Origin: the human T2T-CHM13v2.0 reference genome, Homo sapiens
Assembly (NCBI RefSeq): GCF_009914755.1
Contig: NC_060929.1
Reading direction: 5' to 3' (one strand)
Length of the DNA: 64,000 nt
Shown: in pieces, positions 30,346 through 48,179 of the stretch
Position numbering within the stretch: the first letter of the stretch is position 1
How the letters are laid out: every line of letters starts with the position of its first letter
Notes under the pieces: model-generated
What the model was told of the DNA's origin: nothing
Seen by the model: only the letters and a program-made list of their open reading frames with translations
Database searches by the model: none
Program-made: the position numbers and the translations under genes

Positions 30346-30641
30346 GGCAGGTCACAGTGGCTCACATCTGTAATCCCAGCACTTTGGGAGGCCGAGGCAG
30401 GTGGATCAGGAGGTCAGGAATTCGAGACCAGACTGACCAGTATGGTGAAACCCCGTCTCTACTAAAAATATAAAAATTAGCCAGGCGTGGTGGTGCACAC
30501 CAGTAATCCCAACTACTCAGGAGGCTGAGGCAGGAGAATTGCTTGAACCTGGGAGGCAGAGGTTTCAGTGAGCCTAGATCGTGCCACTACACTCTAGCCT
30601 GGGTGACAGAGCAAGACTCTGTCTTAAAAAAAAAAAAAAAA
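30346..30641 (+). mobile_element. AluS
   Basis: Full Alu; TSD AGAATTCTAAGAATA / AGAATTCCAAGAATA at 30331-30345 and 30642-30656. Confidence 0.95.
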
Positions 30642-31672
30642 AGAATTCCAAGAATAATGGGACAGCTAAAACAGTCTAACACACATGTAGTGAGAATACC
30701 AGAAGGAGAAGAAACAGAGGAAGGAAGAGAAACAATATTTGAAGCAGTAATGACTGAGGATTTCCCTCACATTAATGTCAGACATCAAGCCACAGATCCA
30801 GGAAGCTCAGAGAACACCAAGAAGAATAAATGCTCCAAACTTCTACACCTAGTTATATCATATTCAAACTTCAGGAAATCAAAAAAAAATTTTTTTTAAT
30901 TTTGAAAGAAACCAGAAGTAAAAGACACTTTACCTATAGAGAAGAAAGATCAAAATTCTGTCTGACTTCTCGAAAACTATGCAAGCAAGAAGAGAATGGA
31001 GTGAAATATTTAAAGTGTTGAGAGAAAAAAATCACCAACTTAGACTACTCTGAAATATTTTTTCACAAGGGAAGGAGAAATAAAGATTTTCTCAAACAAA
31101 AGTGGAAGAATGTGTTGCCAGTAGACCTGCCTTGTGAGAAATGTTAAAAGAAGTTCTTCAGAGAGAAGGGCAATGATATAGATCAGAAACTTGGATCTAT
31201 GTTTAAAAAAAGAACAGTGTCAAAGAAAGAATAAGTGAAGGTAAAATAAAAACCTTATTTTTCTTATTCTTAATTGATCTAACAGATAAAAGTTTGTTCA
31301 AAATAATATAAACAATGTATTTGATTACATATGCCTATATAAAATATATATGTTATATATATATATTTGCTTGTGCATACATGAAATGAATGACAGCAGT
31401 GATTCAAGGGATAGGAGGGAATATTTTGTTACTACAAGGTACCTGTACTAGCCATGAAGTAGCACATTGTTATTTGTTAATGAACTTGAATTAGTTGTAA
31501 ATGTATAGTGCAAATTCTAGGGCAACCACTAAAACAAGTTTTAAAAATGTGTAATTTATATGGTAAGAAAAGACAGAAAATGAAATAATATACAGTGCTT
31601 AATTAAAACCACAAAAGGCAAGGAAATTATGGAACGCAAAAATAAAAACAAAAAATAAGGGCAAAATAACTT

Positions 31673-34600
31673 GGAGAGGGGCCAAGATGGCCAACTAGAA
31701 ATAGCTGTGGGAGGCTCCCACAGAGAAGAAGGTAAATGGCAAGTGAATTGTGCACCAGCAACTGAGGTATCCAGGTTCTCTCACTGGGACTGACTAGGCA
31801 GTTGGTGTGACCCATGGAGAGTAAGGAAAAGCAGGATGGAGTGACAGCCTACCAGGGAACTGCACAGGGCTCACCCCTAGCCAGAGGAGGTGGTGAGTGA
31901 TTTTGCTACCCCACCCAGGAAACCACACTCTGTACACGGATCTGTGCATCCTGAGTATCACGAGATCCCCCTCATGAGCCACACCACCAGAGCCTTGGGT
32001 CCCAAGCACAGAGCTGTGCAGATTCTTGGCAGCCACTCAGCTGGAGACTGCCTAAGATGACCGAGTTCGGGTGGTGGGGGGCGGCCACTTTCCCTGCAGC
32101 TGCCTGCTGCCTAAGATGACTATGCTCCCAGAGGGAGGGGTGGCAGCCATCACAGCAGCTGCTGGCTGCCTAACATAACCAAGTTCCCAGGTGGAGGGGC
32201 AACCATTATCACTGCAGCTGCCTGCTGCCTAAGAAGACTGAGCACCTGGCGAGGGGGGCATCAGCTATCACTGCAGCTCCAGTCTGTCAGTTTTCCCTTG
32301 CCAGTGCCAGGGAGACTGGGCACTTTGGACCCAGGAGGAATTCCCCACAGCGCAGCACAGTGGCTGTGACAGATTATGGCCAGACAGCCTCTTTAGGCTA
32401 GACCCTGACCCATCCCTTCTCACCACGCAGGGCCTCCCTTTGGGAATTTCAGCAACCCCAGCCAGGGCTGCAGTGGCTGCAGATCAGTGGACTTAAGCTT
32501 TCCCCTTGCTGGCTCTGAAGAATCCAGGCATTTCAGACGAGTGAGCTCCCCACCGCCCAGTGCAATGCACCCCCTCCACCAACCCGCAGCCAGAGTGCTT
32601 CATTAAGCAGGTCCCTGATCCCATGCCTCCTCACTGGGTGACACTCTCCCAACAAGGGTCACCAGACACATACAGGAACATTTCCACTGGCATCAGGCCA
32701 GTGCCCCTCTAGGACAGAGCTCCCAGAGGAAGGAGCAGGCAGCCATATTTGCTGTTCTGCAGCCTCCACTGGTGACAGGAGGGACCCAGATGAATAGGGT
32801 CTGGAGTGCACCCCCAGCAAACTGCAGCAGCCCTACAGAAGAGGGGCCTGACTGTTAAAAGAAAAACAAACAAACAGAAAGCAACAACAACAACATCAAC
32901 AGAAAAGTCCCCACCAAGACCCCATCCAAAGATCAGCTACCCCAAAGATCAAAGCTAGATAAACTCACAAAGATGAGAAAGAATCAATGATAAAACACTG
33001 AAAACTCAAAAAGCCAGAATGCCTCTTCTCCTCCAAATGATTGCAATACCTCTCCAGCAAGGGCACAGAACTGGGCAGAGGATGAGATGGATGAATTGAT
33101 AGAAGTAGGCTTCAGAAGGTGAGTAATAACCAGTTTTGCTGAGCTAAAGAAGCATGTTCCAACCCAATGTAAAGAAGCTAAGAACCATGATAAAACATTA
33201 CTGGAGCTGCTAACCAGAATAACCAGTTCAGAGAGGAGCATAAATGATCTGATGGAGCTGAAAAATACAACACAAGAACTTAACAATGCAACCACAAGTA
33301 TCAATAACTGAATAGACCAAGTGGAGGAAAGAATTTCAGAGCTTTAAGACTCTCTTGCTGAAATAAGACAGACAAGATTAGATTAAAAAAAATAAAAAGG
33401 AAAGAATAATACCTCCAAGAACTATGGGATTATGTAACAAGACTGAACCTATGGATGATTGGGGTATCTGAAAGAGATGGAGAGAACAGAACCAAGTTGG
33501 AAAACATACTTCAGGATATTATCCAGGAGAAATGCCCCAACCTAGCAAGACAGGCCAACATTCCAATTCAGGAAATCCAGAGAACCCCAGTAAGATACTT
33601 GATGGGAAGATCAACCCCAAGACACATAATCATCAGATTTTTTAAGGTTGAAATGAAGGAAAAAAATGTTAAGGCAGCCAGAGAGAAAGGCCAGGTACCT
33701 ACAAAAGGAAGCCCATCAGACTAACAGCAGACCTCTCAGCAGAAACCCTACATGCCAGAAGAGATTGGGGGCTAATATTCAACATTCTTAAAGAATTTCC
33801 AGCCAAAAATTTCATATCTGGCCAAACTAAGCTTCATAAGTGAAAGAGAAATAAAATCCTTTCCAGACAAGCAAATGCTGAGGGAATTTGTCACCACCAA
33901 GCTGCCCTGCAAAAACTCCTGAAGGAAGCACTAAATATGTAAAGGAAATTCTGGTACCAGCCACTACAAAAACACACTGAAGTACAAAGACCAATGACAC
34001 CATGAAGCAACTACACTAACAAGTCTGCAAAATAACCAGCTAGCATCATGATGACAGGATCAAATTCACACATAAAAATATTAACCTCAAATGTAAATGG
34101 ACTAAATGCCCCAATTAAAAGACACAGAATGGGAAGCTGAATAAAGAGTCAAGACCCATTGGTGTGCTGTTTTCAAGAGACCCCTCTCACATGCAAAGAC
34201 ACATATAGGCTCAAAATAAAGAAATGGAGGAAAATTTACCAAGCAAATGGAAAGCAGAAAAAAGCAGGGGTTGCAATCCTAGTTTCTGACAAAGGAGACT
34301 TTAATAAGCCAACAAACATCAAAAAAGGCAAAGAAGAGCATTACATAATGGCAAAGGGTTCAATTGAACAAGAAGAGCTAACTATCCTAAACATATATGC
34401 TCCCAATACAGGAGAACCCAGATTCATAAAACAAGTTCTTAGAGACCTACAATGAGACTTAGACTACCACACAATAATAGTGGGAGAATTTAACACCCCA
34501 CTGTCAATATTAGACAGATCATCAAGACAAAAAATTAACAAGGATATTCAGGACTTGAACTCAGCTCTGGATCAAGTGGACCTGATAGATATCTACAGAA

Positions 34601-35950
34601 CTCTTCACTCAAAAACAACAGAACATACTTTCTTCTCAGCACCACCTGGCACTTACTCTAAAATCAATCACACAATTGGAAATAAAATACTCCTCAGCAA
34701 ATGCAAAAGAACTGAAATCATAACAAACAGTCTCTCAGACCACAGTGCAATCAAAGTAGAACTCAAGATTAAGAAACTCACTCAAAACCACACAATTACA
34801 TGGAAATTGAATAACCTTCTCCTGAATGACTCCTGGGTAAATAATGAAATTAAGGCAGAAATCAAGAGGTTCTTTGAAACCAGTGAGAACAAAGAGACAA
34901 CATACCAGAATCTCTGGGATGCACTATTTTAGCTGCACTAAAGCATTGTTAAGAGGGACATTTATAGCACTAAATGCCCACACCAAAAATGTAGAAAGAT
35001 CTCAAATCATCACCCTAACACCACAACTAAAAGAACAAGAGAACCAAGAGCAAACAAATCCCAAAGCTAGCAGAAGACAATAAATAACCAAGATCAGAGT
35101 GGAACTAAAGGTGATAGAGACATGAAAAACCCTTCAAAAAATCAACAAATCCAGGAGCTATTTTTTTGAAAAATTAATAAAATAGATAGACTGCTAGCTA
35201 GAATAATAAAGAAAAGAGAGAAGAATCAAATAGGCACAATAAGAAATGATAAAGGGAGTATCACCACTGACTCTACAGAAAGGCAAACAACCATCAGAGA
35301 ATACTATAAACACCTCTATGCAAGTAAACTAGGAGATCTAAAAGAAATGGATAAATTCCTGCACACATACACCCTCCCAAGACTAAACCAGGAAGAATTA
35401 TTGTGTGGGAGTCTGAATAGACCAATAACAAGTTCTGAAATTGAGGCAGTAATAAATAGCCTACCAACCAAAAGAAAGCCGAGGACCAGATGGATTTACA
35501 AATGAATTCTACCAGAGGTACAGAGAGGAGCTGGTACCATTTCTTCTTAACCTATTCCAAACAATTGAGAAGGAGGGACTCCTCCCTAACTCATTTTATA
35601 AGGGCGGCATCATCCTGATACCAAAACCTGGCAGAGATACGACAAAATAGAAACTTCAGGCCAATATCCCTGATGAACATTGATGCAAAAATCCTCAATA
35701 AAATACTGACAAACTGAATCCAGCAGCACATCAAAAAGCTCAACACATGGACACAGGGAGAGAAACAACACACACTGGGACCTGTCAGGGGATCAGAGGG
35801 AGTGAGACCATCAGGATAAATAGCTAATGCATGCGGGGCTAAACACCTAAGTGTTGGGTTGATGGGTGTGGCAAACCACCATGGCACACATTTATCTATG
35901 TAACAAACCTGCACATCCTGTGAACTTCAAATTAAGTTAAATTAAAAAGA
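31673..35950 (+). mobile_element. L1PA8-11-like element with intact 5' end and ~2.2-kb internal deletion
   Basis: GGCCAAGATGGCC 5' start; ORF1 ~32973-33940; ORF2 ATGACAGGATCAAAT at 34051; ORF2 RT region joins the 3'UTR (AACACATGGACACAGGG) at 35740/35741. Confidence 0.92.
32048..32283 (+). repeat. 59-bp tandem repeat (4 copies) in the L1PA 5'UTR
   Basis: CTGCCTAA.. units start at 32048, 32107, 32166 and 32225. Confidence 0.85.
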
Positions 35951-36627
35951 AACAAATGAGGACAACAAACAGAAAGTATATCAAATATGATAGACATTAA
36001 TTTAATATATCAATAATCATTTCAAACATCAATGGTCCAAATACAGCAATTAAAAGAGAGAGATTGTCAGAACGGATTAAAAATCATGACCCAACTATAT
36101 GTTGTTCATAAGAAACCCACTTTAAATATAAAGATAAATACGGATTAAAAATAAATGATGCAGGAGAATATATCAGGCTAACAATGATCAAAAGAAAGCA
36201 GCAGTAATTATATTAGTTTCAGACAGAGCAGACTTCACAACAAACAATGGTATCAAGAATAGAGGCATTAAAAAAGATAAACAGGTACAGATTTCAAGAT
36301 GACATAACAATCCTTAATGTATATGGACCTAAAAAGAGTATCAAGCTATGTGAGGCAAAAACTAGTAGAACTGTGAAGAGAAATAGATGAATCCACTATT
36401 ATAATTGGAGACTTCAACACCACCTTACCAGAAATAAACAAATTCAGCAGGCAAAAAAATCATTGAGGACATGCAGTTGAACTCAATACCGCCATCAATC
36501 AACGGGATATAATTGACATCTATCAACCACGTCAACAACAGAATACACATTTATTCCAAGAGCACATGGAACATTCACCAAGATAGACCACATTCTGTGA
36601 CATAAATACAACTTAAAAAAAAAAATG

Positions 36628-36934
36628 GGCTGGGTGCGGTGGCTCACGCCTGTAATCCCAGCACTTTGGGAGGCCAAGACTGGTGGATCACGAGGTCAGG
36701 AGATCGAGACCATCCTGGCTAACACGGCGAAACCCTGTCTCTACTAAAGATACAAAAAAAATTAGCTGGGTGTGGTGGAGGGCACCTGTAGTCCCAGCTA
36801 CTCGGGAGGCTAAGGCAGGAGATAGGCGTGAACCCAGGAGGCAGAACTTGCAGTGAGCCCAGATCGAGCCACTACGGCACTCCAGCCTGGGCAACAGAGC
36901 GAGACACCGTCTCAGAAAAAAAAAAAAAAAAAAA
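36628..36934 (+). mobile_element. AluY
   Basis: GAGATCGAGACCATCCTGGCTAACACGG and GGCGTGAACC diagnostics; poly-A tail. Confidence 0.93.
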
Positions 36935-37300
36935 GTGGAAATCATACAATGTCTGCTCTCAGACCATAAGGAAACTTAGTTAGAAATTAATAACCGAAAG
37001 ATAACTGAAAAATCTGAAAATACATGAAGATTAAATCACATATTTCCACATAACACATGGGTCAAGAAGAAATCTCAAGAGAAATTTAAAAATATATTAA
37101 ATTAAATGAAAACAAAAGCACAACTTATCAAAATTTGTGGAATGTGGTGGAAGTCGTGTGTAGAGGGAAATTTATAGCATTAAAGGTAGATATTAGAAAA
37201 GATGAAAGATTCAAAATGAATAATCTAAGTTTCTACCTTGGAAAATTAGCAAAAGAAGAGCAAATAAAATCCAAAGTAAGCAGAAGAGAAAAACTAGTAA

Positions 37301-39873
<2,573 letters not shown>

Positions 39874-42640
39874 TAAAGAACAGAGAATTGTTAAGGCCGT
39901 GAAGCTATTCTTTATGATACTATAATGATGGGCATATGTCGTTATACATTTGTGAAAACCCATAGAATGTACAACACCGAGAGTTAACCTTAATGTAAAC
40001 TATGGATTTGGGGTGGCAGTGATGTGTCAGTGTAGGTTCATTAGTTGTAACAAATGTATCACTCTGATGTTGGTTTCATAGTAGGGGAGGTTGTGCGTGT
40101 GTAGGGAGAGGGGCTATATGGGAACTCGCTGTACTTTGCATCCATTTTTCTGTGAACCTAAAACCACTCTAAAAATAATGTTTATTTTTTTAAAGTAGGG
40201 TCAGAAAACATAAGCCAATTTTCACACTCACATTTAGAACTTCCTTAGACATTAAACTATGAAAACTAGAGAAAAATTGTTTTATTCAGTTGCTTTTAGA
40301 ATCATTAACACCACTTGGGTCTCATTTTATGAACCTTGGTCAATGCTTTTCTTCGTGGCAGAAATACAGAAAAACCCTCTTTCTCTCATGGTAGTTGAGA
40401 GTTAATACACACCATTTTCCATTGTAACAGAAGATTTCAATTTCATAGTTTTATATAATCCTCTCTGATGTTTAGATTTCTAGAGAGAAAAATATTTTTT
40501 TACCTGTGTTAAAATATAGCTTTTGGGTATTTCCATTGAGGCTTTAAAAAGAATATGTCCTAATAGTTATTTCATTAATCTCTTTTATTTAGGCTAGCAT
40601 GAAAATAAAAGTATATGTAATTTCCCGTTAATGCTAATACATAATACATTGTGTTTAGATTGGTTATATAAACCAAAACAAATTTTTTTTCATTACAGAA
40701 GAAATAATGTGAGTACCAGAAGAGAAATAGAGCATAATGGATGTAATTGGCTATATTTTTCTGATTATCTGCAGGTGCTAATATTTATGAAGTAGGCATT
40801 TTTTTCTTTTTAATGTTGATCCCTGAGCAGATCTTCTGCTGTTACACTAATCTGTGCCCCCTTCTAACTGCACCTGCTCTATTCAGAGATCATGTTCCAA
40901 ATAATGATATAATTATCTACTTTGGATGATTATTGCTATGTTATGAGTGAAAGATAATGGATCAGTCACTTTGCATGATTGCAATTTTTTGAAATGTTAC
41001 CAATAAGATTTGAACAACAAACTCCATAAGAAATCGATTCTCAAGACTTGGGAAGTCCTGGGAACCAGTGAGGGAGCATCGTTAAAAGGACTTGCCAGGG
41101 TCTGCAAGGCCGAAAGAGTCTAACAACTCACTGAGATATTTTTCACATGTAAGTTAAAAAAGTAACTCCCAACATATTTCTAGAAATGACCATCCAATCT
41201 TTCAAGACTTCATTCTCCACTAGAGAGAGAGCACTTCCTTCATACCAAACTTGTCGACCTTACCTCCAATTATTTCCAACCCCATTCTTCTCTGATTTTA
41301 CTTAATTGTCTACTCTCCAAAGAATTCCCACAAATGGTCCTAATAACTCTCTTTTACCTATCTTCCATGATTGCCAACTATTTTTCTATGCCTCACTCTC
41401 TCTTCTGACTCTGTAGGGATAATGAGCTCCCTACTTTGACTCACCTGCTCAGGCCCCTTGAGGGATGTCTGAATGTCACCATAGTGATAGGGTACCACAG
41501 CAGGGCCCTACTGGGAATGGGTAGTGCTCAAGGGGTGAGGCATACCTCTGGCAGAATGAGTTTAAGTCCTCTTAGTTGCAAAAGAATAGGAGATAAAGGT
41601 ACACAAAGCTATATTCTGATGCTGACAGACCTTGGAAGCCAAATTTAACTCACTATTTCAAAGAAATAAATCCTGGTTTTGCAGCTTATATCTCTATTCT
41701 GATAAAAAGATAGTCAAAATTCAGGCCCCAGAAATATTGCTGTGTCATCTGTGTTAATGAACCTGAAGACATATATGTGTGTGTAATATAATAATGCTCT
41801 CAAATAAATTAAGCTTAACATTGGTTTGAGTCATCTATTTGTAGGGGTAGTTTCAGAGTAATTAGTGCTGGGGGGAATAATTATTAGCAATTTAGTTATA
41901 TCAAAGTGCCTTAGCATAGGACAAATAATCCAGCCATTCCTTCACAGCCTAATTTTAGATCAATATTGTTAAGGGATAACCCCATAGATGCTGAAAATCT
42001 AGGAAACCCCGTTTCATTAAGAGTCCATAGCTAATGATGCAGTAACTACCTCATAACTGTAAGCTAGCATATAAAAAATCATCTCAAAATCTTCAGAATA
42101 TATTTAAATTTAGTCTTTTCACTACAAACTTTTAGAAGACAAACTTCTAAACAATATATTCTCTAAAATGTGATAGATATTCCAATAACATTTTCAAATG
42201 GCTGCAGAAAGGGAAAAGAAGAATCATTTATTGATCAAAAACCAAGAAAAAAACAAAATCATTGGCTCAACAGGATAAGGTTAAGGAAGGATTTGAGATT
42301 ACAAAATGCATTTGGAGTTTGAAAATGCAGGAAGTAAAGAAATAACAGACCACATAGGTAGTATTTTGTAATTATAATTTCAAGGATTTTGAGTGAGAGC
42401 TAAAATCAACAGTCTTATGTATAGAAGAAATGTATATAACCCAGCATCTTACATATTTTTCTCTCACTAATTTGTTCCACTTGGGTGGATCTCCAGCTGG
42501 CTCCTCAGTCTCTATTGCCTAGCATAGTGCTAAGTATGAAATTCTTTCTAGGTATGGGACAGACCCTGCACACATTCTTAGGGATTAGGGAAATTTAAGA
42601 ATAACCACTGGGTTGGAAGGTAATTTTCCTATGTGCTAAA

Positions 42641-42815
42641 GTGGTGGTTCTCAAACTGGTGTACATCAGACCCACCTGGAGGGCTTGTTAAGATGGATTG
42701 CTGGGCCCTACTGATTCAGCAGGTCTGAGGTAGGGCTGAGAACATGCATGTCTAACAATTCCTAGGTAATGCTGATGCTGCTCATCAGGGGGCACCCATT
42801 GAGGACCACCATTCT
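42641..42815. mobile_element. MER5A
   Basis: GTGGTTCTCAAACT...CACCTGGAGGGCTTGTTAA...ATGCTGATGCTGCT...TTGAGGACCAC. Confidence 0.82.
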
Positions 42816-42819
42816 GGAC

Positions 42820-42995
42820 CAATGGTCTCTACCTTGGCTGCACATTACAGTTGCCTGGGAGGTTTTAAAACACCTGATGTCCAAATCATAACCCAGACCG
42901 ATAACATTAGAATCTATGGTGCTCATGACTAAACTTCAATATTTTTTAAAGTTCCTTTATAGTTTCTAATGTGCAGGCCTGATTGGGATACTGCC
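42820..42995. mobile_element. MER5-family copy
   Basis: CCTTGGCTGCACATTA...TTCTAATGTGCAG. Confidence 0.65.
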
Positions 42996-43003
42996 TAGTG
43001 TCA

Positions 43004-43325
43004 TAGTGGTTCTTAGCCCAAGCTTTACATTAGAGTTACCCGGAAAAGTGTTTTTTTTTTTTAATTGAGATGTAATTGACATACCATAACACTTACCCTG
43101 TTAACATGCATACTTTTTTAAAGTCAGTGGTTCTTTTTATTCACAAAATTATGCAACCATCACCACTATATAATTCCAGAACATTTTCATCAACATCTAG
43201 GAAGTTTTTAAACAAAATTCTTGTATGTGAGTTCTACTCTCCGGGTTTCTGACTTAATTGGCTCAGACATCATTGTTTAAGTTCCTCAGGTGCTTCTTAA
43301 GTCCAGCCAGGATTGAGAACCACAG
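43004..43325. mobile_element. MER5-family copy interrupted by an antisense L1MB-like 3' end (~43050-43195)
   Basis: AGTGGTTCTTAGC...CAGCCAGGATTGAGAACCAC; insert TTTTAATTGAGATGTAATTGACATACCAT...GCAACCATCACCAC...CCAGAACATTTTCATCA. Confidence 0.7.
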
Positions 43326-43702
43326 TTCCTGAGTTTGATTACAGATGTTCCAAGAGAGTTTGAAAAGTTAAGAACTAGTCAGAGGATTTTGTTTATCCTG
43401 GGAGGGATGTTGTCTGTACAGAGGAACTAGGACATATTCTCCTTACATCATGCCTGTCTATCAAATGTGGTCAATCATAATACAGGGGAACCATTACCCT
43501 GATCTCTAGCTTTTAATACATGGACATGAAGGTGGCATGCTGTTGAGTCTGGCTCCACTGCTGGCAGCATTTCCCTGCAAATCAAAGCTGAGTTTTGGAG
43601 ACTGCAGGAGCCTCTGCAGAGCTCAACAGGAAAAAATAGTCCTCAGAGCAGAACTGCTACTGAATTTTCCAGCATTGGCTTACTATTTTTAAGAATCCTA
43701 CA

Positions 43703-43998
<296 letters not shown>

Positions 43999-44099
43999 TT
44001 AGAAAGTGTTGGATAGATGTTGTTTCAGTGTTGGCCTTTTGTTGATTAAGGCACAGAAGCAGGGTGCACTTGTTATTTGCCCATTTTTTAAAATTTATT

Positions 44100-44377
44100 G
44101 TCTATTTATTTTATCTTCTTTACAGACAGAGTCTCACTGTGTTGCCCAGGCTGGAGCAGTGGTGCAATCATAGTTCACTGTAACCTCAAACTCCTGGACT
44201 CAGCCTCAGCCTCCTGAGTAGCGAGGACTACTCTTGTGTGCCACCATGCCTGGCTAAGTTTTATGATGTTTCTGTTGAAACAGGGTCTCACTATGTTGCC
44301 CAGGCTGGTCTCAAACTCCTGGCCTAAACTGATCCTCCCACTTCAGCCTCCTAAACTGCTAGGGTTACAGGTATGAT
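44100..44377 (-). mobile_element. AluJ
   Basis: Antisense Alu: CAGGGTCTCACTATGTTGCCCAGGCTGGTCTCAAACTCCTGG. Confidence 0.88.
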
Positions 44378-44499
44378 TTACCTGATTTTGAGTAAAATTT
44401 TCTGAGCTACAGTTTCTTCATTTTGCAATGGTCCCTTCCTTCCAGAGATGCTCTAATTATTAAGGAAAATAGTGTATTGGACACACTCACCTATGTACA

Positions 44500-44730
44500 G
44501 TGGATATAGTAGAAAGTTCGTGTAATTTTGTGTAAAATGATCAGATTCAGTCCCTGGCTCTGGCCCTTCCTGCCAATAAGATTTTGGTAAATCAGTAAGC
44601 ATTTATAAACTGTTATCCCTTCATTTGTAAAGGGAAACTAATACCTAAGTCATCTACTTTATAAATTTTTGTGAAGATCAAATGTTACAGTTCACATGAA
44701 AATGGTTTATATACCATGACACCATGTAAA
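44500..44730 (+). mobile_element. MIR
   Basis: CCTGGCTCTGG...TTCATTTGTAAAGGG..TAATACCTA...TTGTGAAGATCAAATG. Confidence 0.65.
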
Positions 44731-45229
44731 CAGTTAGGCATTAGGTTATAACTAGATAGATAAAAATATGAAAGGACAGAAAGGATGCATATTTTATAAA
44801 TTAAGTTGATTTCTTTTGATGTATAGACAGTTCGAAACTTAGGACCTCAGAGCAAAATGATATTTCCTCTTATGGATCATTTAAAAATAGCTTTTGCCTA
44901 AAATCTAAATAATAAAGCCTCATTCAAATTTTTTAGGGAAAAAGACATCCTGGTTTGATATCCTTCAAGAAGTCACTTTTTTTAACCTTCCCTGCCCCTC
45001 TTCATTTTTTATTTTTTTGGTCCTTGCCTATATAGCAGTGAGTGAATCATGGTCTTTGGTTCATAGCACTTCATTAGTCTGTGCATGGCCACTCCTGTTA
45101 GTTTACTTTCCTCTTTCATCCAAATCTCTGATCCTATTCCCCATTTTCTCACAAGTCTTCATTCTTATGTTTGCAATGTCAGCTCTTCCAAACTACCTTC
45201 TGTAAATTTGTTAAGATGTATCTATGTGT

Positions 45230-47130
<1,901 letters not shown>

Positions 47131-47474
47131 ACCCAATAGAATTCAGATTCAAACATATCATGGTATGAAACCACATATCCTCTTGGTTAGGAATGTGGTA
47201 GTTTTTCCCATAAGACTTCCATCAGCCTGTGGTGGGAAAATGGGTGGGATCAGAATGTGGCAGGAAATGAAATGCAGGTAAATGAAAAGTCTTTGATAAC
47301 ACAAATCCATGGATTCCTTGTACTAAAGCCAGGTAATTATGTTAAAAATGCATTTTGGGTTTACTCTTGAGTGATTACTATAATCCAAATTAAATTTCCT
47401 CCCTTTCTTTTCTCCCCCATTCTTTCCTATTCTAAAACATACCCTGGAGCTCTTCTTTTTTTTAAAAAAAAAAA

Positions 47475-47768
47475 AGACACCGGGTATGCTGTGTGCTCAA
47501 GTTGGGATGCAGTGGCTACTTACAGGCACCATCCCACTATTAACCAGCACTGGAGCTTTGACCTGCTCCATTTCTGACCTGGACTGGTTCACTCCTCCTT
47601 AGGCAACCTGGTGATCCTCCACCCACATGAGGTCACCATATTGACGCCAAACTGAGTGCAGACACCCAATTGGCATAGCACACAAAAGCTCAGAACTCCT
47701 GGGCTCAAGCAATCATCCTACCTCAGCCTGAGCAGCTGGTACTACAGGCGTGTGCCACCGCACCAGAC
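47475..47768 (-). pseudogene. RN7SL: Full-length 7SL (SRP) RNA retropseudogene
   Basis: Includes the S-domain absent from Alus (TTTGACCTGCTCC..GGTTCACTCCTCCTTAGGCAACCTGGTG..GAGGTCACCATATTGA) between the Alu-domain ends. Confidence 0.95.
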
Positions 47769-48179
47769 CCTTCTGTCTTTAAACACACCCAGCTCTTTCT
47801 TCACATGTGCTCACTGGCTTTTCTGTGTCTTCCTCTACCCCATCCTTCTTTCCCACACTATCCTTTATTATGTAGCATAACGTAGCTTGTTTCTCAGAGA
47901 AAACCCTCTCTGGGAAGGGGGATGTAGAATATACAAATAGCAGGTGGGAGCAGAGAGAGGGCTGTGAATATTTCCATTGGTAATTTTTGTCCTTTTTGCA
48001 ATGTGATTTGGCACAATGGGGGAAGATCATTACATATTCAGGTAGAAATATTTGAAAACTTTACTTTCTTTGGCTCTCTGTCTTTCTACCCTGCAAGCCT
48101 AACCTTATGATATGTGCAACATGACATCTGCCTCCATCACTACTGTATCCTATTTGTGCAGTCCAATGTAACTCTATTT

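Noticed and set aside
35735-35745. Spliced-L1 origin of the L1PA internal deletion
   Set aside because: The recalled consensus after AAAAAGCT does not begin with GT, so there is no canonical donor.
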